The notes beneath the pieces were generated by a model. That model did no database searches, had not been told where the DNA came from, and was given only the letters and a program-made list of their open reading frames with translations. Positions 1-12,568 of a stretch of DNA of 64,000 bases are shown piece after piece (positions within the stretch are counted from its first letter, which is position 1; every line of letters begins with the position of its first letter). The position numbers and the translations under genes are program-made. Source of the DNA: the human T2T-CHM13v2.0 reference genome, Homo sapiens; NCBI RefSeq assembly GCF_009914755.1, contig NC_060929.1; one strand, given 5' to 3'.

Positions 1-663
1 TAAATTTTAGCTCAATAGATCTTTGTCATTAAATGTTTAAAACTTTATTTTCCAAATTAGACTTTGAAAGTTTTTTCCCGATTTGGACTTTTTCATTAAC
101 TTTGTCAGATTTGTGTATATATTGAGTATGAGCATGTGAGCCAAAATCTGCTTAGATTTGGGGGAATATAGAAATAATTAAGTGGGTATTTTCCTCCAAG
201 ATATCCACTCTAATGACAGGTGGCAATGGCAGATGCAACTGCTTCACAATGAGATCAGTATTATAACAAAGTGAAGTAGTAGTTCTATAAAATTTGGAAA
301 GGGAAATACTGCTTTTAAATGGAGCAGTTGAGGAATTAGCCTAGATAAAATACAAGCGTTTTCTGAGTAAAGAAGTAATTTAGGATATTTTAGAGAGAAG
401 GGGCAGCATTATCAATACCCAAAGACAATTATTGTACAGATATTAACTAGATAGGCTTGGACGGCCTCACCAATACCTTAATTTTAGGAACTGGAAAACC
501 TGAAGTAATTCTCAACTTGAGTTGAATGGGCGATGACAGGACATAGAGCTGGAGAGAGGAATACATGTACATCTAAAGTTAATCTGGCACTCATTATGTC
601 CTAGATGCTTCATGTATTTTATCTCTTTTATTTTCACGACATGATAATTCTTCGTTGAGTGTT

Positions 664-801
664 TTTGAAGGTTAATTTCATGTGTCAACTTGACTGGGCT
701 AAGAGAGGCCCAGATAACCTGTAAAACATTATTACATTGTTTCTGGGTCTTTCTGTTTGTAGCATACATATACATATATGTATATGGAGACTCCTAATAC
801 A
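664..801 (+). mobile_element. MLT2-family (ERVL) solo LTR, internally deleted
   Basis: 5' part GGTTAATTTCATGTGTCAACTTGACTGGGCTAAG...CAGATAACCTGTAAAACATT matches the MLT2 start. 3' part GGAGACTCCTAATACA matches the MLT2 end. The middle is reduced to a (TA/CA) stretch. Confidence 0.8.
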
Positions 802-1279
802 GTTTTAATATACAGGGGATAAAGGGATGTATTTAAGAGAGATTACCCAAAATAAAATGTGTGGAAACTGGAAATAAACCCAGTTGAAAATTTTAGCAAA
901 TGCTTACTGATTGATTGTCATAGCTCAATAATTTGTTAACTATAGCCATATTGTTTCCACAAAGGGCAATGATTTATATAAATAAAATGTATAATGATTT
1001 ACATAAATTATAATAAAGAATTTTTGGTTTTTCCTAAAGTAAGTGGAAAGTAGTAACATGATTAGATCTGAGATATAGAAACACAAGTCTAGCACCCAGC
1101 CCCAGGGATAATGGTGAAGGAAAGGGGATTAACAGTTTTAAAAGGTATTTTTAATAGACAAGACAAAGTAATTGTAAGTAGGGTAGTGCATGTAATTTTT
1201 TCACAAGACTGGAATGAAGACATATTAGGAGGTGAATTTTTGAAAAGTAGGTAAAGAAGGAAGATCTTTGATGCAGTGA

Positions 1280-1345
1280 ACACTTTTATGTGCCAGATAC
1301 TTTGTGTATATCTGTATATTATCTCACATGAATCCTCACAACACC
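1280..1345 (-). mobile_element. MIR fragment
   Basis: TATGTGCCAGATACT...TATTATCTCACATGAATCCTCACAACACC resembles the antisense MIR 3' end. Confidence 0.6.
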
Positions 1346-2677
1346 TTCTTTTTTTTCTTGGTTAAGATTTCCAATTCCATTAATGGAAACCACCCTACTC
1401 CACAATTCTTAAAATTGGGGATAATCTTAATAATTGTGAAGCCATTACCTGTAAGGGGTTATCACCACTCCAAATACCACCAGCAGTGGGGCCCATTATT
1501 GACAATTTATAAGTATAAAAGTCTAAGCTTAGCTTAGCCATGTCCATTTTTTATCAAAGGCTTGTCTCAAGATCAGTTGTGTATAAAAGAGAGAAAATGG
1601 TAGATGTGTGTGTGATTTGGAAATTCTGTGTGATTAACATGTGCTTTTTCATTTTTTTACAGTGGTAGATTTGAAAGCATCAGGAGGCTTTGGAAAAACA
1701 TAAAAACTCAATTCAGAGGGTCTAAGCCCTGTCATTCCTGTACTTCCATCCAGAACACTGCCTATTCTATGAGGAGAAACCAAATGCTTCATAGATAGCA
1801 CACCAAATTTCTGGCACCCTTTCTTAGGCCTTTAAATCTTTTTTACTGTTCCTTAGCAACTCTGTTGGAATACTAATGGTTTCGTATTTTCACACCACCA
1901 CACCACATCTATCCTCAATAGCCCATGGTGGAAACAAGAATACACAGTAGAGAACATATTGGACTCCATGTGCACCAAAACCAGTCTCAATATCTGGAAA
2001 GTTAAACTGTCTGGAAGGCAGTCATAATAACTCTAAGAGCTCTGCACATATCTCAGTTTTTTTCCAGGGAAATACAGGAAAGCTTGGGAACACATGCCAA
2101 AGAAGAGGCTGTTCAATCAGAACAGGGTCCTTTAGGCCAGCTAATATCACCTGGGAATCCTGACACTGTTTCCAGTTCAAGTTTAGGGAAATTGCTCAGA
2201 ATCAATCTTAGCTAATTCTTGACTTATTTTACTCTAATTTGTTCTTCTTATATTTACACTCTTCACTCTGTAGTTTTTGCTTTATATTATTTAGTTCTTT
2301 TGAATTAGGTCCTGCCGAGTTGAAGCTCAGTCATTTGATCACAGATGTCACTCTCTGCTCATCACAGTGATCTTGACATATCGGTTCTTCTCAAGTGGTA
2401 ACTGCTTATTCCAGACCCTCCACTGCCAAAACTCAAAGTCGCTCCTTTATGAGCCAACATCTGGCTCAGTCTCCCAGCCTTCAGAAGGGCAGAAGGAAGT
2501 TGGACAAGTAACATCGAATACTTCAAAGAAGTTGAAGTTGGAGGCTGAAAATCGCCCTCCTAATATTTCAGTTTACAAAAGGTGCAAATCACCTTTTTTT
2601 TTTTTTTTTTTACCTTCTTTTAACAAAGTCAAGAGAAAAACTCTTTAGACCTGCAACAGATGTGCATGAGAATTAGG

Positions 2678-2746
2678 CTCATTGTTTTGCTTGGCATTGG
2701 CGCATTCTTTACAAAGCACATGCCCCAGGCATGCTGGTTACGTAAC
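2678..2746. promoter_or_regulatory. Candidate enhancer motif cluster (SOX, p53/p63-like, PAR-bZIP)
   Basis: CATTGT (2680-2685), GCACATGCCC-C-AGGCATGCTG (2716-2736) and the perfect palindrome GTTACGTAAC (2737-2746), in sequence with no recognisable repeat. Confidence 0.3.
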
Positions 2747-3544
2747 TGTTATAGTAGGCTGCCTTCCTTCATAATGCATAGACTATTATTAGTACAGCTT
2801 AGAAACATTACTCTCCAAATGATGCCAAAAAGCATTTCATGAGACATAATATCTCTTCAGGCCTTTTACTGGACTCATGTTATATAAAGCTCAGAGGGAC
2901 CGTCTTCAAAAGAGGCTCTTGCTTGAGGGCATTGCCTAAGAATTTGTTAATATTTTTAATTAATGGAGATCCATGACTTCGAAATAACAGTCTGAAAAGA
3001 GGAATGAAATAAAGATTGAAGAATCTTATCTATGAGATTTGACCGTTTTGCTCTTGGGAAGCAGTGCCTATTTGGTTGACCACACACTGCAAAACACAGG
3101 ATTTCCCACAGATGTTATAATTCTCAGAAACACATGCACACACAACTCCGCTAAACAGAGTGTTTCAACATATAAATGTCATTTTATAATGAAACATCAT
3201 TAAACTACAACCCTTAGAATGGAACGATTTTAGTGCCAGCAATTGCAATAGAATGTGGCTATGGAAATGAAGGGGAAACTTTGGATCTTAAAGGCGAAAA
3301 GTTCAATTAAATGTGTATCTTTAACATGAAGTTTGCTTGTAGGTGAGAATATGTTGTATTTACTACATTTGAGACTCATTTTTTCTCAGGCAAAAGATAC
3401 CACGTTTAGATATTAGTTATATCTACAAGTTCTGTCTTCCACTAGTAATTGCTCTTTTCTTCCCACTGCATTGGACTGTAAACAATTCCTCTAGGCACAT
3501 TTCTCCTGTGAACTCTACTGTGGAAGGGTAAGTAAAAGTGCAGC

Positions 3545-3700
3545 CTCACTCTGCCACTTTAATTCCTAGCAAAATTACTTAGACTTTCTGAGTTTAAGAG
3601 CTTCAACTGTAAAATGGGAATTAGTAGTTTCTTTCTTATAGTCTTTTAGAGTTGTTAAGAGAAAAACATAAATAGCATGTAAAAACCACCTGGTATAATA
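3545..3700 (+). mobile_element. MIR
   Basis: CTCTGCCACTT...TTACTTAGACTTTCTGAG...CTGTAAAATGGGAATTAGTAG core. Confidence 0.7.
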
Positions 3701-4599
3701 CAGAGAACACAAGTCAGACTAAAGACATTTTGATTCCTATATTCTGGATATAAAAATCATAGTTTTATTAACTGAAGTAAGACTTAGTTTTCCTTCTTTG
3801 AAAGCTTCACCTCTAATTTCAGTATTTATTTTGCAGTAGGTTAATGTTTGGTCTTTTGTTGAATATACCAGCTTTGATCACTGAAACCTATTCAATGATT
3901 CAGTGATTCAATAGGATTCAATGATTCATTGAAACCTATTTCAGTATATTGAAAATAAACATATTTCTGTTTACTAGGCAAATTATTCATTCCAATTTAG
4001 ATATTTTTAGTTAAATCATAATCCATTTCTTATTTTCTCAATTAAGTGCATACTCTGTTAAAAAATTTTCTAAATAAAAGATACAAATCAAGAAAACAGT
4101 CTGTCTTTCTTTTAAGCAGCTATTTTAAAATTGCCAATTCTACTTTTTTTGCCCACAACTTCCCTCTCCCCAGTTTGTGTATGTTGGATGAAGTAGAGCC
4201 TGGTGAGTGAACAGAGGGGCTGGGAGAAGAAGTATGTAGGGAGTCAATAGGAAAGCCCAGGTCCAAAATGCCTGGGAGCAATACTAATATTCATCCATCA
4301 ATCGTCTGTTCATAGGATCTGGTTGTTTGCATCTGGTCTAAGTTCTGATTGGTAGTACTGAAGCCATGCAGATTGTTGCATATTTTTACAACCACCCTTC
4401 TCAGGAGGGAACTTGAAGATCACCCAGTCTGTATGGATTGAATATTCCAAAAAAGTCTGAAAACAGAACTCAGATTGAGGACTAGAGTACTAGAGTCATA
4501 GTTAATGAATTAGAATGAAATGAAATTTTGATGTAAACTACACATCTGATGTGTCTGATGTTAAAGCCCAAACATTTAATACACATACATCCTAGTGCC

Positions 4600-4680
4600 T
4601 CCTAGTCTTAGACAGAGATGAGTTTAAATGCTGCTTCGCTACTCATGTGCTGTGTTACCTTGAGTAACTTTCTTATAGAT
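4600..4680 (+). mobile_element. MIR fragment
   Basis: GAGTTTAAATGCTGCTTCGCTACTCATGTGCTGTGTTACCTTGAGTAACTT. Confidence 0.5.
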
Positions 4681-5689
4681 TATTTTTCATAAGCAATTTT
4701 AAGACTGTTGTTTTACTCATTACAAATAAATATTACAGACATATGTGAACTCTTAAAACACAGTACTTTTTAGATAGCTCTTTCTTCCCCTGGATACCCA
4801 GTATTATATTGTAGTGAGTCAATTGTGGTTTCCATTGCAAAGAACCATCTAGCAACATGACTTGCCTTCTGAAATTTGTCACCAATCCTCTTAAAATGTA
4901 TAATTTTATTTTATATGGTAACCTTCAAAAAATATGACAGAAAACTTGCCATGAAGTCTAGTCTTAGAGCCAATTAATTTGATTTTCATAAATTAGCTAT
5001 AGTTATATTTTGACTTTGTTTTGGTTTTCAGGATGGATAATTTTAAATTCACTTTGTAATTAGAATCCATTTCAAAGTATTTTTCGTGAGTTCCTTTTCC
5101 ATTCAATTCTTTAGACTCATTTTTATCTTAAGATTTTCCCCGTAATTACCAATTATGTTAGTATTAACAATTATGTTAGCATTAAAGTGGCTATTTAAAA
5201 AGTGACAAACATATTCACATTATAGATAGTAATATTAATATTTAACAAGAGTTTAAATTATTACTGGTAAAATAATGTTGATTTTTTAAAGTTTTGGGCA
5301 AAAAATCAAGTTAAAATGAAATGCATATTTTATAAACAAAATTACAGCATTTTTCTTTTTTTCCTGTTTTGAATTTAATTAATTCACCCTTGCTCTGTAA
5401 TTTTTTTTATGTAATGGAATACAACCTCTACAGGACTTCATGATTTTATCTGTTCTTCTAATCAGACACTGTAAAAGACTTGGAATGAGTAAAGACGACT
5501 TGAAGAAGCATTAAGTTTCCATTTCCATTCAAATTCATATTATATTGTTTCAATTTCAGCATATTCTAGTTTTCATTATATATTTTGTCTTAGATATAAG
5601 TGATTTATTATAATCACTTGATAAATTGATTATAATAAATCAATTTATAATAAAAAAATTGATAAACTGGATGTTTCAGCCTTACTAAT

Positions 5690-5880
5690 AGCATTATTTA
5701 TTGAGAATATTTAATGTAATAAGCATTTTACAAGCATTACCTCCCATTATTATTTCAATCCTCTGAAATAGGAACTCTCATTAGTTCTGTTTTGTAAACA
5801 GGAAGGCCTAGCCTCACAGAGTTAAGTAATTTTTCCACAGCGGTATTGCTCGTCAGAGGTGAACAGAACCTGAACTCCAG
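5690..5880 (-). mobile_element. MIR
   Basis: ATTTATTGAG...TTTTGTAAACAGGAAGG...AGAGTTAAGTAATTTTTCCACAG...TGAACTCCAG is an antisense MIR core. Confidence 0.7.
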
Positions 5881-6259
5881 TTTTGGAACATTTAGAGAAA
5901 AATAAAAAGGAGAGTCAATATATTTCTTTTTTGTGGGTTTCTTTTTAAAAAGTGCAACTTACTTTTGATCTGGAATAATCATATTGCATTAAAGTATTTT
6001 CTCTTCAAGTCTCAATTAACTACACCCAGTCAATTATAATCATTGAAATATTTAGATGCTGAGTTTTAATAATACAATTCATGGGGTCATTTATGACAAT
6101 TTATCATATTCACTTAGCAATGACACAATTTCACGGGTGAAATCATGATACCAGGATTGGACAAAATAAATAAATAAAAAGATCTGGCCATATTTTCACT
6201 GCTTTGTGTTTCCTCCTTTGAAATTGGTCCCCAGCAATAAAGTATTAAGGGCCGATAGA

Positions 6260-6480
6260 CACTGGCAAGAATGCTCAAACTCACTAACATTAAAATAAAT
6301 GTAATTAAACTTTGATTTAAAAAATTGATGATTCATATTAGTAAAAAATTGAAAAAGTTCTTAATGTTGGATATGTAAATGGGAATAATATGTTTGGAGG
6401 GAAATTTAGCAATAATTTTCAAAACTAAAAATGTGTAAACCTTGGACATAACCTTCCTATTTCTAGGAAAATTTTCTACT
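6260..6480 (+). mobile_element. Old L1 (L1ME-like) fragment
   Basis: GAATGCTCAAACTCACTAAC and GTTTGGAGGGAAATTTAGCAATA resemble degenerate L1 ORF2 3' sequence. Confidence 0.45.
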
Positions 6481-6689
6481 TGTCAACCCCCTGTATATTG
6501 GAGCTATGCATAGCATCAACTTTCTTGATTATTGTATAAAGTAATTAATTGCATCTAACAGTTAATAATAGCAATTAATGGTTGTATAAGCAGCTAATTT
6601 GCATCTAGCCATCTTAAATTTGTAATAACCTTAAAAAGCAACCATTTGATTTCATTTAATCTACCTTACTTCATGTTTTTTCTTTTTTT

Positions 6690-7020
6690 ACAGAAAAAAT
6701 ATATTTATTTGGAAATCAGGTATTGCAACTGGAATATATGTATCATAGTAAACTGTGTGCATATTCAGGGAAATAAGGATTTTAAAGAAAAAAATTAGGA
6801 GGATTACATAATTGTTTTGAAATGATTATATTTAGCTACAAATAAGAATAAGTGTGATGCCAGTCTGAGGTTGGAGAGAAAGTTACTAGGAAGATGTTCT
6901 CACAGAAGTATATTTGTGAAATGCAGTGGCCTTTGAGCAAGGTTGTGATTTTTGTAGTCTTTTGTGATAGCATTGGTTGTTGGGCAGGGTTAACACTAGC
7001 GACCCAATTTTGATTTTGAC
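6690..7020 (-). mobile_element. MER67-like ERV1 LTR (U3-R only, ending ~14 nt after AATAAA)
   Basis: Reverse complement starts GTCAAAATCAAAATTGGGTCGCTAGTGTTAA and contains CTATCACAAAAGAC..CACAACCTTGCTCAAAGGCC..CAAAACAATTATGTAATCCTCC as in recalled MER67. TTTATT at 6704-6709, with the poly-T at 6676-6689. Confidence 0.7.
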
Positions 7021-7074
7021 CTGTCTTCTAGCTATAATAAAATATACAATACACTGTCGTTAACTATAGTTACC

Positions 7075-8485
7075 TTTTTCCTCTTTTGACCGAGGTTTTT
7101 CTCTGAATGCATGTCAGATTAATCATATTGGACTTAGGTGTTGATGTCCCACCGTGCTAGGATGGAGTTTTGTCAGTTGTTGGTCTTGTTCCACAGTGAG
7201 GGAAGAGAATGGTGGCTAGGAGTCATTGTCAAAACCCTTTTAGCCATATTTGAGCAAGAAGAGAGGTTCGCCAGGGCGTGACCTCAAGCTAAGTCTACCT
7301 GGAGTCCATTATTAAGCTCAATTTTGTCTGTTCTTAGCATCAGCCCAAAGTGTTAGGCTAACATTATTTTATTAGGAGTTGCACTTTTGAAAACATTCAG
7401 CAAGTAATATATACAAAGTTTATAAAGGGAAAATGCAGAATAAGTTAATAGTAATATGACATTTCCAGCTTGCATAATGATTTTGAACCCGGATCCTAAG
7501 CTTCAAAACAGCCAGTTGAATAAATCAAACGACCCTAGGGAATTAGATGATACCTATTGTAATCATGTGGCCTGTTTTCTTTTGTATATATTCCCAGAGG
7601 AATATCTCCAGTTACAGTCTGTAGTATTAGCAATTGCACAGACATATTCTCATTTAAACAATGGATATTAAAAGATTCCTTAGGTTAGGTTCTGTCAAAT
7701 TATTAGAAGATACTCATAGTGAAATTTCTATTACACTATTATCCTGCCAAATAAAAATGGTAGGCATTAAGAGGGGTTCAACCGGGAGGCGGGGCTTGCA
7801 GTGAGCCGAGATCGTGCCACTGGACTCCAGCCTGGGCAACAGAGGGAGATTCCGTCAAAAAAAAAAAAAAAAAAAAGAGGGGTTCAAATTTCCTTATGCT
7901 ATGAATTTTTGTTCTGACATCTTAGAAAAAGCTGTTAACAGAGTGAAACCATCAGCTACCTCAGTTGGCTTGGTAAACTATTTGTGTGGCCCACATATCA
8001 GATACGAGACTTGTTTCTTAAAACTTGTTTCAGCTTACAAGGTTTCAGGAATAGGACAGTTTTTGTTTTTAGTTAGAGAATTGTAGCCAAATAATGCAGG
8101 AAGTTAGTAGAATTCAGAATCTACTGTAGTCTACAGGTAGATAATAACTTCAAGAGAATGCACAGAGCTACAGTCTAATAACAGATATATTACAGTTTTC
8201 TTTAAAAATATATTTTTTTCTCTCCACTTTGACCACATAGAAATCTCAGATTTAAAAATTTATTGAGGCTAGAAAGCAAACCTAGGCAGACTTTAGATTT
8301 TACTTACAGTCTTAAGATTCCTGAGCCTGCCAGAAAGTGACAATATTTCTTTAAAATAAACACAGGCTAGGAACTCTTGGAACCATGCATTTAAGGCACA
8401 TTCTCAACTATGATATTTCAGTGAAGGCCTTGGTAATATAACCAAAATTTCCAATTGTATCCTGCTATAAAGAGAATGCAGATTT
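7075..8485 (-). mobile_element. ERV1 (MER4-group) internal 3' region
   Basis: Lies directly upstream of the LTR on the minus strand with a polypurine tract (reverse complement AAAAGAGGAAAAAGG near 7073-7087). Composition resembles non-autonomous MER4-group internal sequence. Confidence 0.55.
7782..7876 (+). mobile_element. 5'-truncated AluY
   Basis: Right-arm end with the AluY-type GCTTGCAGTGAGCCGAGATC, pure A tail, and perfect TSD AAGAGGGGTTCAA (7769-7781 / 7875-7887). Confidence 0.92.
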
Positions 8486-8643
8486 TTTCAAAAAATTATT
8501 GATACATAATATTTGTGTATATTTTGTGGGTACATGTGATAATTTTTACATGCATATAATGTGTAATGAGTAAGCCAGGGTAATTAGGATATCCATTACC
8601 TCCATTTATCATTTCTGTGTGTTAGGAACTCTTCAAGACCTGC

Positions 8644-10930
8644 TGGTATGGTTTGGTGGTGTCCTCACCCAAATATCATCTTGAATTCCCATGTGTTGTG
8701 GGAGGAACCCAGTGGGAGGTATTTGAATCATGAGGGCAGGTCTTTCCGTGCTGTTCCCATGGTAATGGATAAGTCCCATGAGACCTGATAGTTTTATAAG
8801 AAAGAGTTTCCTTTTTCTCTGTACCAGCTCTCTCTTTACCTGCCAGCATCCCTGTAAGACGTGACTTACTCCTCCTTGCCTTCCCGCATGGTTGTGAGGC
8901 CTCTCCAGCATGTGGAACTGTAAGCTGTCTATTAAACCTCCTTATTTTGTAAATTCCCTAGTCTCAGCTATGCCATTATCAGCAGCATGAAAATGAAATA
9001 ATACAGTAAATTGGTACCAGTAGGGTGGGGCACTGCTGAAAAGATACCTGAAAATGTGGAAGCGACTTTGAAACTGAGTAACAGGCAGAGAGGTTGGAAC
9101 AGTTTGTGGGCTCAGTAGGAGACAGGAAAGTGTGAGAAAGTTTGGAACTCCTTAGAGACTTGTTGAATGGCTTTGACCAAAATGTTGATAATGATATGGA
9201 TGATTAAATCCAGGCTGAGGTGGTCTCAGATAGAGATGAGTAACTTGTTGGGAACTGGAGCAAAGATGACTCTTGTTATGTTTCAGTGAAGAGACGAGCA
9301 GCATTTTGCCCCTGCCCTAAAGATGTATGGAACTTTGAACTTGAGAAAGATGATTTAGTATATCTGGTGGAAAAAATTTCTAAGTAGCAAAGCATTCAAG
9401 AAGTTACTTGGGTGCTATTAAAGGCATTGTTTTAAAAGGGAAACAGAGCATAAAATTTTGAAAATTTGCAGCACAATGCAATAGAAAAGAAAATTCCATT
9501 TTCTGGGGAGAAATTCAAGCCAGCTGAGGAAATTTGCATAAGTAACAAGCAACTGAATGTTAATCACCAAGACAATGGGGAAAATGTCTCCAGGGCATGT
9601 TAGAGGCCTTTGTGGTAGCCCCTCTCATCACTGGCCCAGAGGTTTAGGAAGAGAACATGGTTTCATGGGCCAGGCCCAGAGTCCCTCTGCTGTGTGAAGT
9701 CTAGGGACTTGATGCCCTGCGTCCCAGCCACTCCAGCCTTGACTAAAAAGGGGTCAAGGTACAGCTTGGGCTGTGACGTCAGAGGGTGGAAGTCCCAAGC
9801 CTTGGCAGCTTCCACGTGGTGTTGAGCCTGTGGGTGCACAGATGTCAAGAATTGAGGTTTGGGAACCTCTGCCTAGATTTCAGAAGATGTATGGAAATGC
9901 CTGGATGCTTAAGCAGATGTTTGCTGCATGGGCGGGACCCTCATGGAGAACCTCTGCTAGGGCAGTGCCTAAGGGAAATGTAGGGTCGGAGCCTCCACAC
10001 AGAGTCCCTCCTAGGGCACCATCTAGGGGAGCTGTGAGGAGAGGGCCACCATCCTCCAGACTCCAGAATTGTAGATCCACTGACAGCTTGCACAGTGCAC
10101 TGGAAAAGGTGCAGACACTCAACACCATCCCATGAAAGCAGCCAGAAGGGAGGCTATACCCTGCAAAGCCACAGGAATGGAGCTGCCCAAGACCATGGGA
10201 GCCTACCTCTTGCATCAGTGTGACCTGGATGTAAGATATGGAGTCAAAGGAGATCACTTTGGAGCTTTAAAATTTGACTGCCCCACTGTATTTTGGACTT
10301 GCCTGGGGCCTATAGTCCCTTTGTTTTGGCCAATTCTTCCCATTTGGAATGGGTTTATTTACCCGATGCTTATACCCCCATTCTATCTAGAAAGTAACTA
10401 ACTTGATTTTGATAGTACAGGCTCATTGGTGGAAGGCACTTGCCTCATCTCAGATGAAACTTTAGTCTGTGGCATTTTTAATGAATGTTGAAATGAGTTA
10501 AGACTTAGGGCAACTGTTGAGAAAGCATGATTTGTTTTGAAATGTGAGGATATGAGATTTAGGAGGGGCCAGGGGTGGAATATGGTTTGGTTGTGTCCTC
10601 ACTCAAATCTTATCTTGAATTCCCACGTGTTGTGGGAGGTACCCTGTGGGAGGTAATTGAATCATGGGGGCAGGTCTTTCCCATGCTATTCTCATGATAG
10701 TGAATAAGTCTCATGAAACCTGGTGGATTTCGAAGCAGGAGTTTCTCTGCACAAGCTCTCCCTTTGCCTGCTGCTATCCATGTAACATGTGACTTGCTCC
10801 TCTTTGCCTCTGCCATGACTGTGAGACCTCTCCAGCCATGTGGAACTGTAAGTCTGTTAAATCTCTTTCTTTTGTAAATTGCCCAGTTTCAGGTATGTCG
10901 TTAACAGCAGCATGAAAATGAACTAATACA
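8644..10930 (+). mobile_element. Full-length THE1B (MaLR): LTR 8644-9005, internal, LTR ~10579-10930
   Basis: Two THE1B-type LTRs ending TAATACA, internal region starting GTAAATTGGTACCAG, perfect 5-bp TSD CCTGC (8639-8643 / 10931-10935). Confidence 0.95.
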
Positions 10931-12568
10931 CCTGCCTTTTAGCTACATTAAAATATACAATATGATGTTGTTAACTATAGTCTCCATACTTTGCTATCAA
11001 ACATTAAAACTTATTCCTTCTAACTAAATAATTGTACGCAGTAACTAACATTCTCTTTATCCCTCCAACCCACACACATACTCTTCTCAGGCTCAAGTAA
11101 CTATGATTCTACTGTCTACCTCCATGAGACTAACATTTTTAGCTCCAACAAATGAGTAAGAACATGCCATATTTGTCTTTCTGTGCCTAGATAAATTCAC
11201 TAAACTTAAGGACTTTCAGTTCCATCCATGTTGCTACAAATGACATATTTTTATTCCTTTTCAGGAATGAGTAGTATCCCATTCTGTATATATACAAAAT
11301 TTTATTTATACATTCATTGGTTGTTGGACATGTAGGTTGATTCCATATCTTAGATATTGTGAATTATGCTGCAGTAAATATTGGGGTGCAGGCATCCCTT
11401 TGATATACCAAATTCATTTTCTTTAGATAAATATACACCAGTGAAATTGGCAAATCATATGGTAGTTTTTAGTTTTTTGAGAAAACTTCATATTGTTTTC
11501 CATAATGGTTGTACTAATTTACATTCTCAACAACAGTGTATGAAAGTTTACTTTTTTTTCCACTTTCTCACCAGCATCTGTTTAGTTTTTCTGGATAATA
11601 GCCATTCTAACAGGGATAAGATGGTAACACATTAGAGTTTGGGTTTGCATTTCCTTAATGCTTCATGATGTTGAGCATTTTTTAAATAAACCTGATGTCC
11701 ATTTACATGTCTTCTTTTGAGAAATGCTTATTCAGATCCTTTGGCCACCTTTTAATGGGTTATTATTATTATTACTATTTTTGCTGTTTGGTTGTGTGAG
11801 TTCTTTGTATAGCCTAGATGCTAGTACTTTGTTAGATGAATAGTTTACAAGGTTGTCTCTTCACTCTGTTGGTTGTTTTTTTTTACTATGAAGAAGATTT
11901 TTAGTTTAGAAGAGTCCCATTTGTCTATTGTTGGTGTTGTTGCCTGCAATTTTGAAGTCTTAACCATAAAATTTTTGCAAAAAACAATGTCTGGAGTGCA
12001 TCCTATATTTCTTCTGAAATATAGTATTTTTTATGCTTCAAGTTTTATGTTCAAGTCGTTTCATTTTTAGTTTACTTTTCTAAATGGAGAGAGACAGGGG
12101 TTTACTGCATTCTTCTGCATACAAATATTCAATTTTCCTAGCCCCATTTATTAAAGAGGATGCCCTTTCCCCAGTGTATGTTCTTGGAATCTTTGTCAAA
12201 AATCAGTTGACTATTAATACATGAATTTGTTTCTGGGTTCTCTATTCTGTTCCATTGGTCGATATATCTGTTTTTATACCAATGCCATGCTGTTTTGGTT
12301 ACTATAGATTTGTAACATGTTTTTAAGTCAGATAATGTGATGCCTCTAGCTTTGTTCTTTTTGTTCAGAATTACTTTGGCTAATAGGCTTTTTAAGAATT
12401 CCATACAAATTTTAGAATTTTTCTTCTATTTGTGTGGAAAAAATGTCATGGGTATTTTGATAGGGATTGCATTGAATCTGTAGATTGTGTGGGTAGTATG
12501 ATAATTTTGACAATATTAATTCTTATGGCCCATGAGCATGGTATGTCTTTTGATTTGTTTGTGCCCTC

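Noticed and set aside
5150-5185. 18-bp tandem duplication (similar cases at 26553-26597, 37394-37462, 63802-63833)
   Set aside because: Ordinary slippage duplications in AT-rich DNA.
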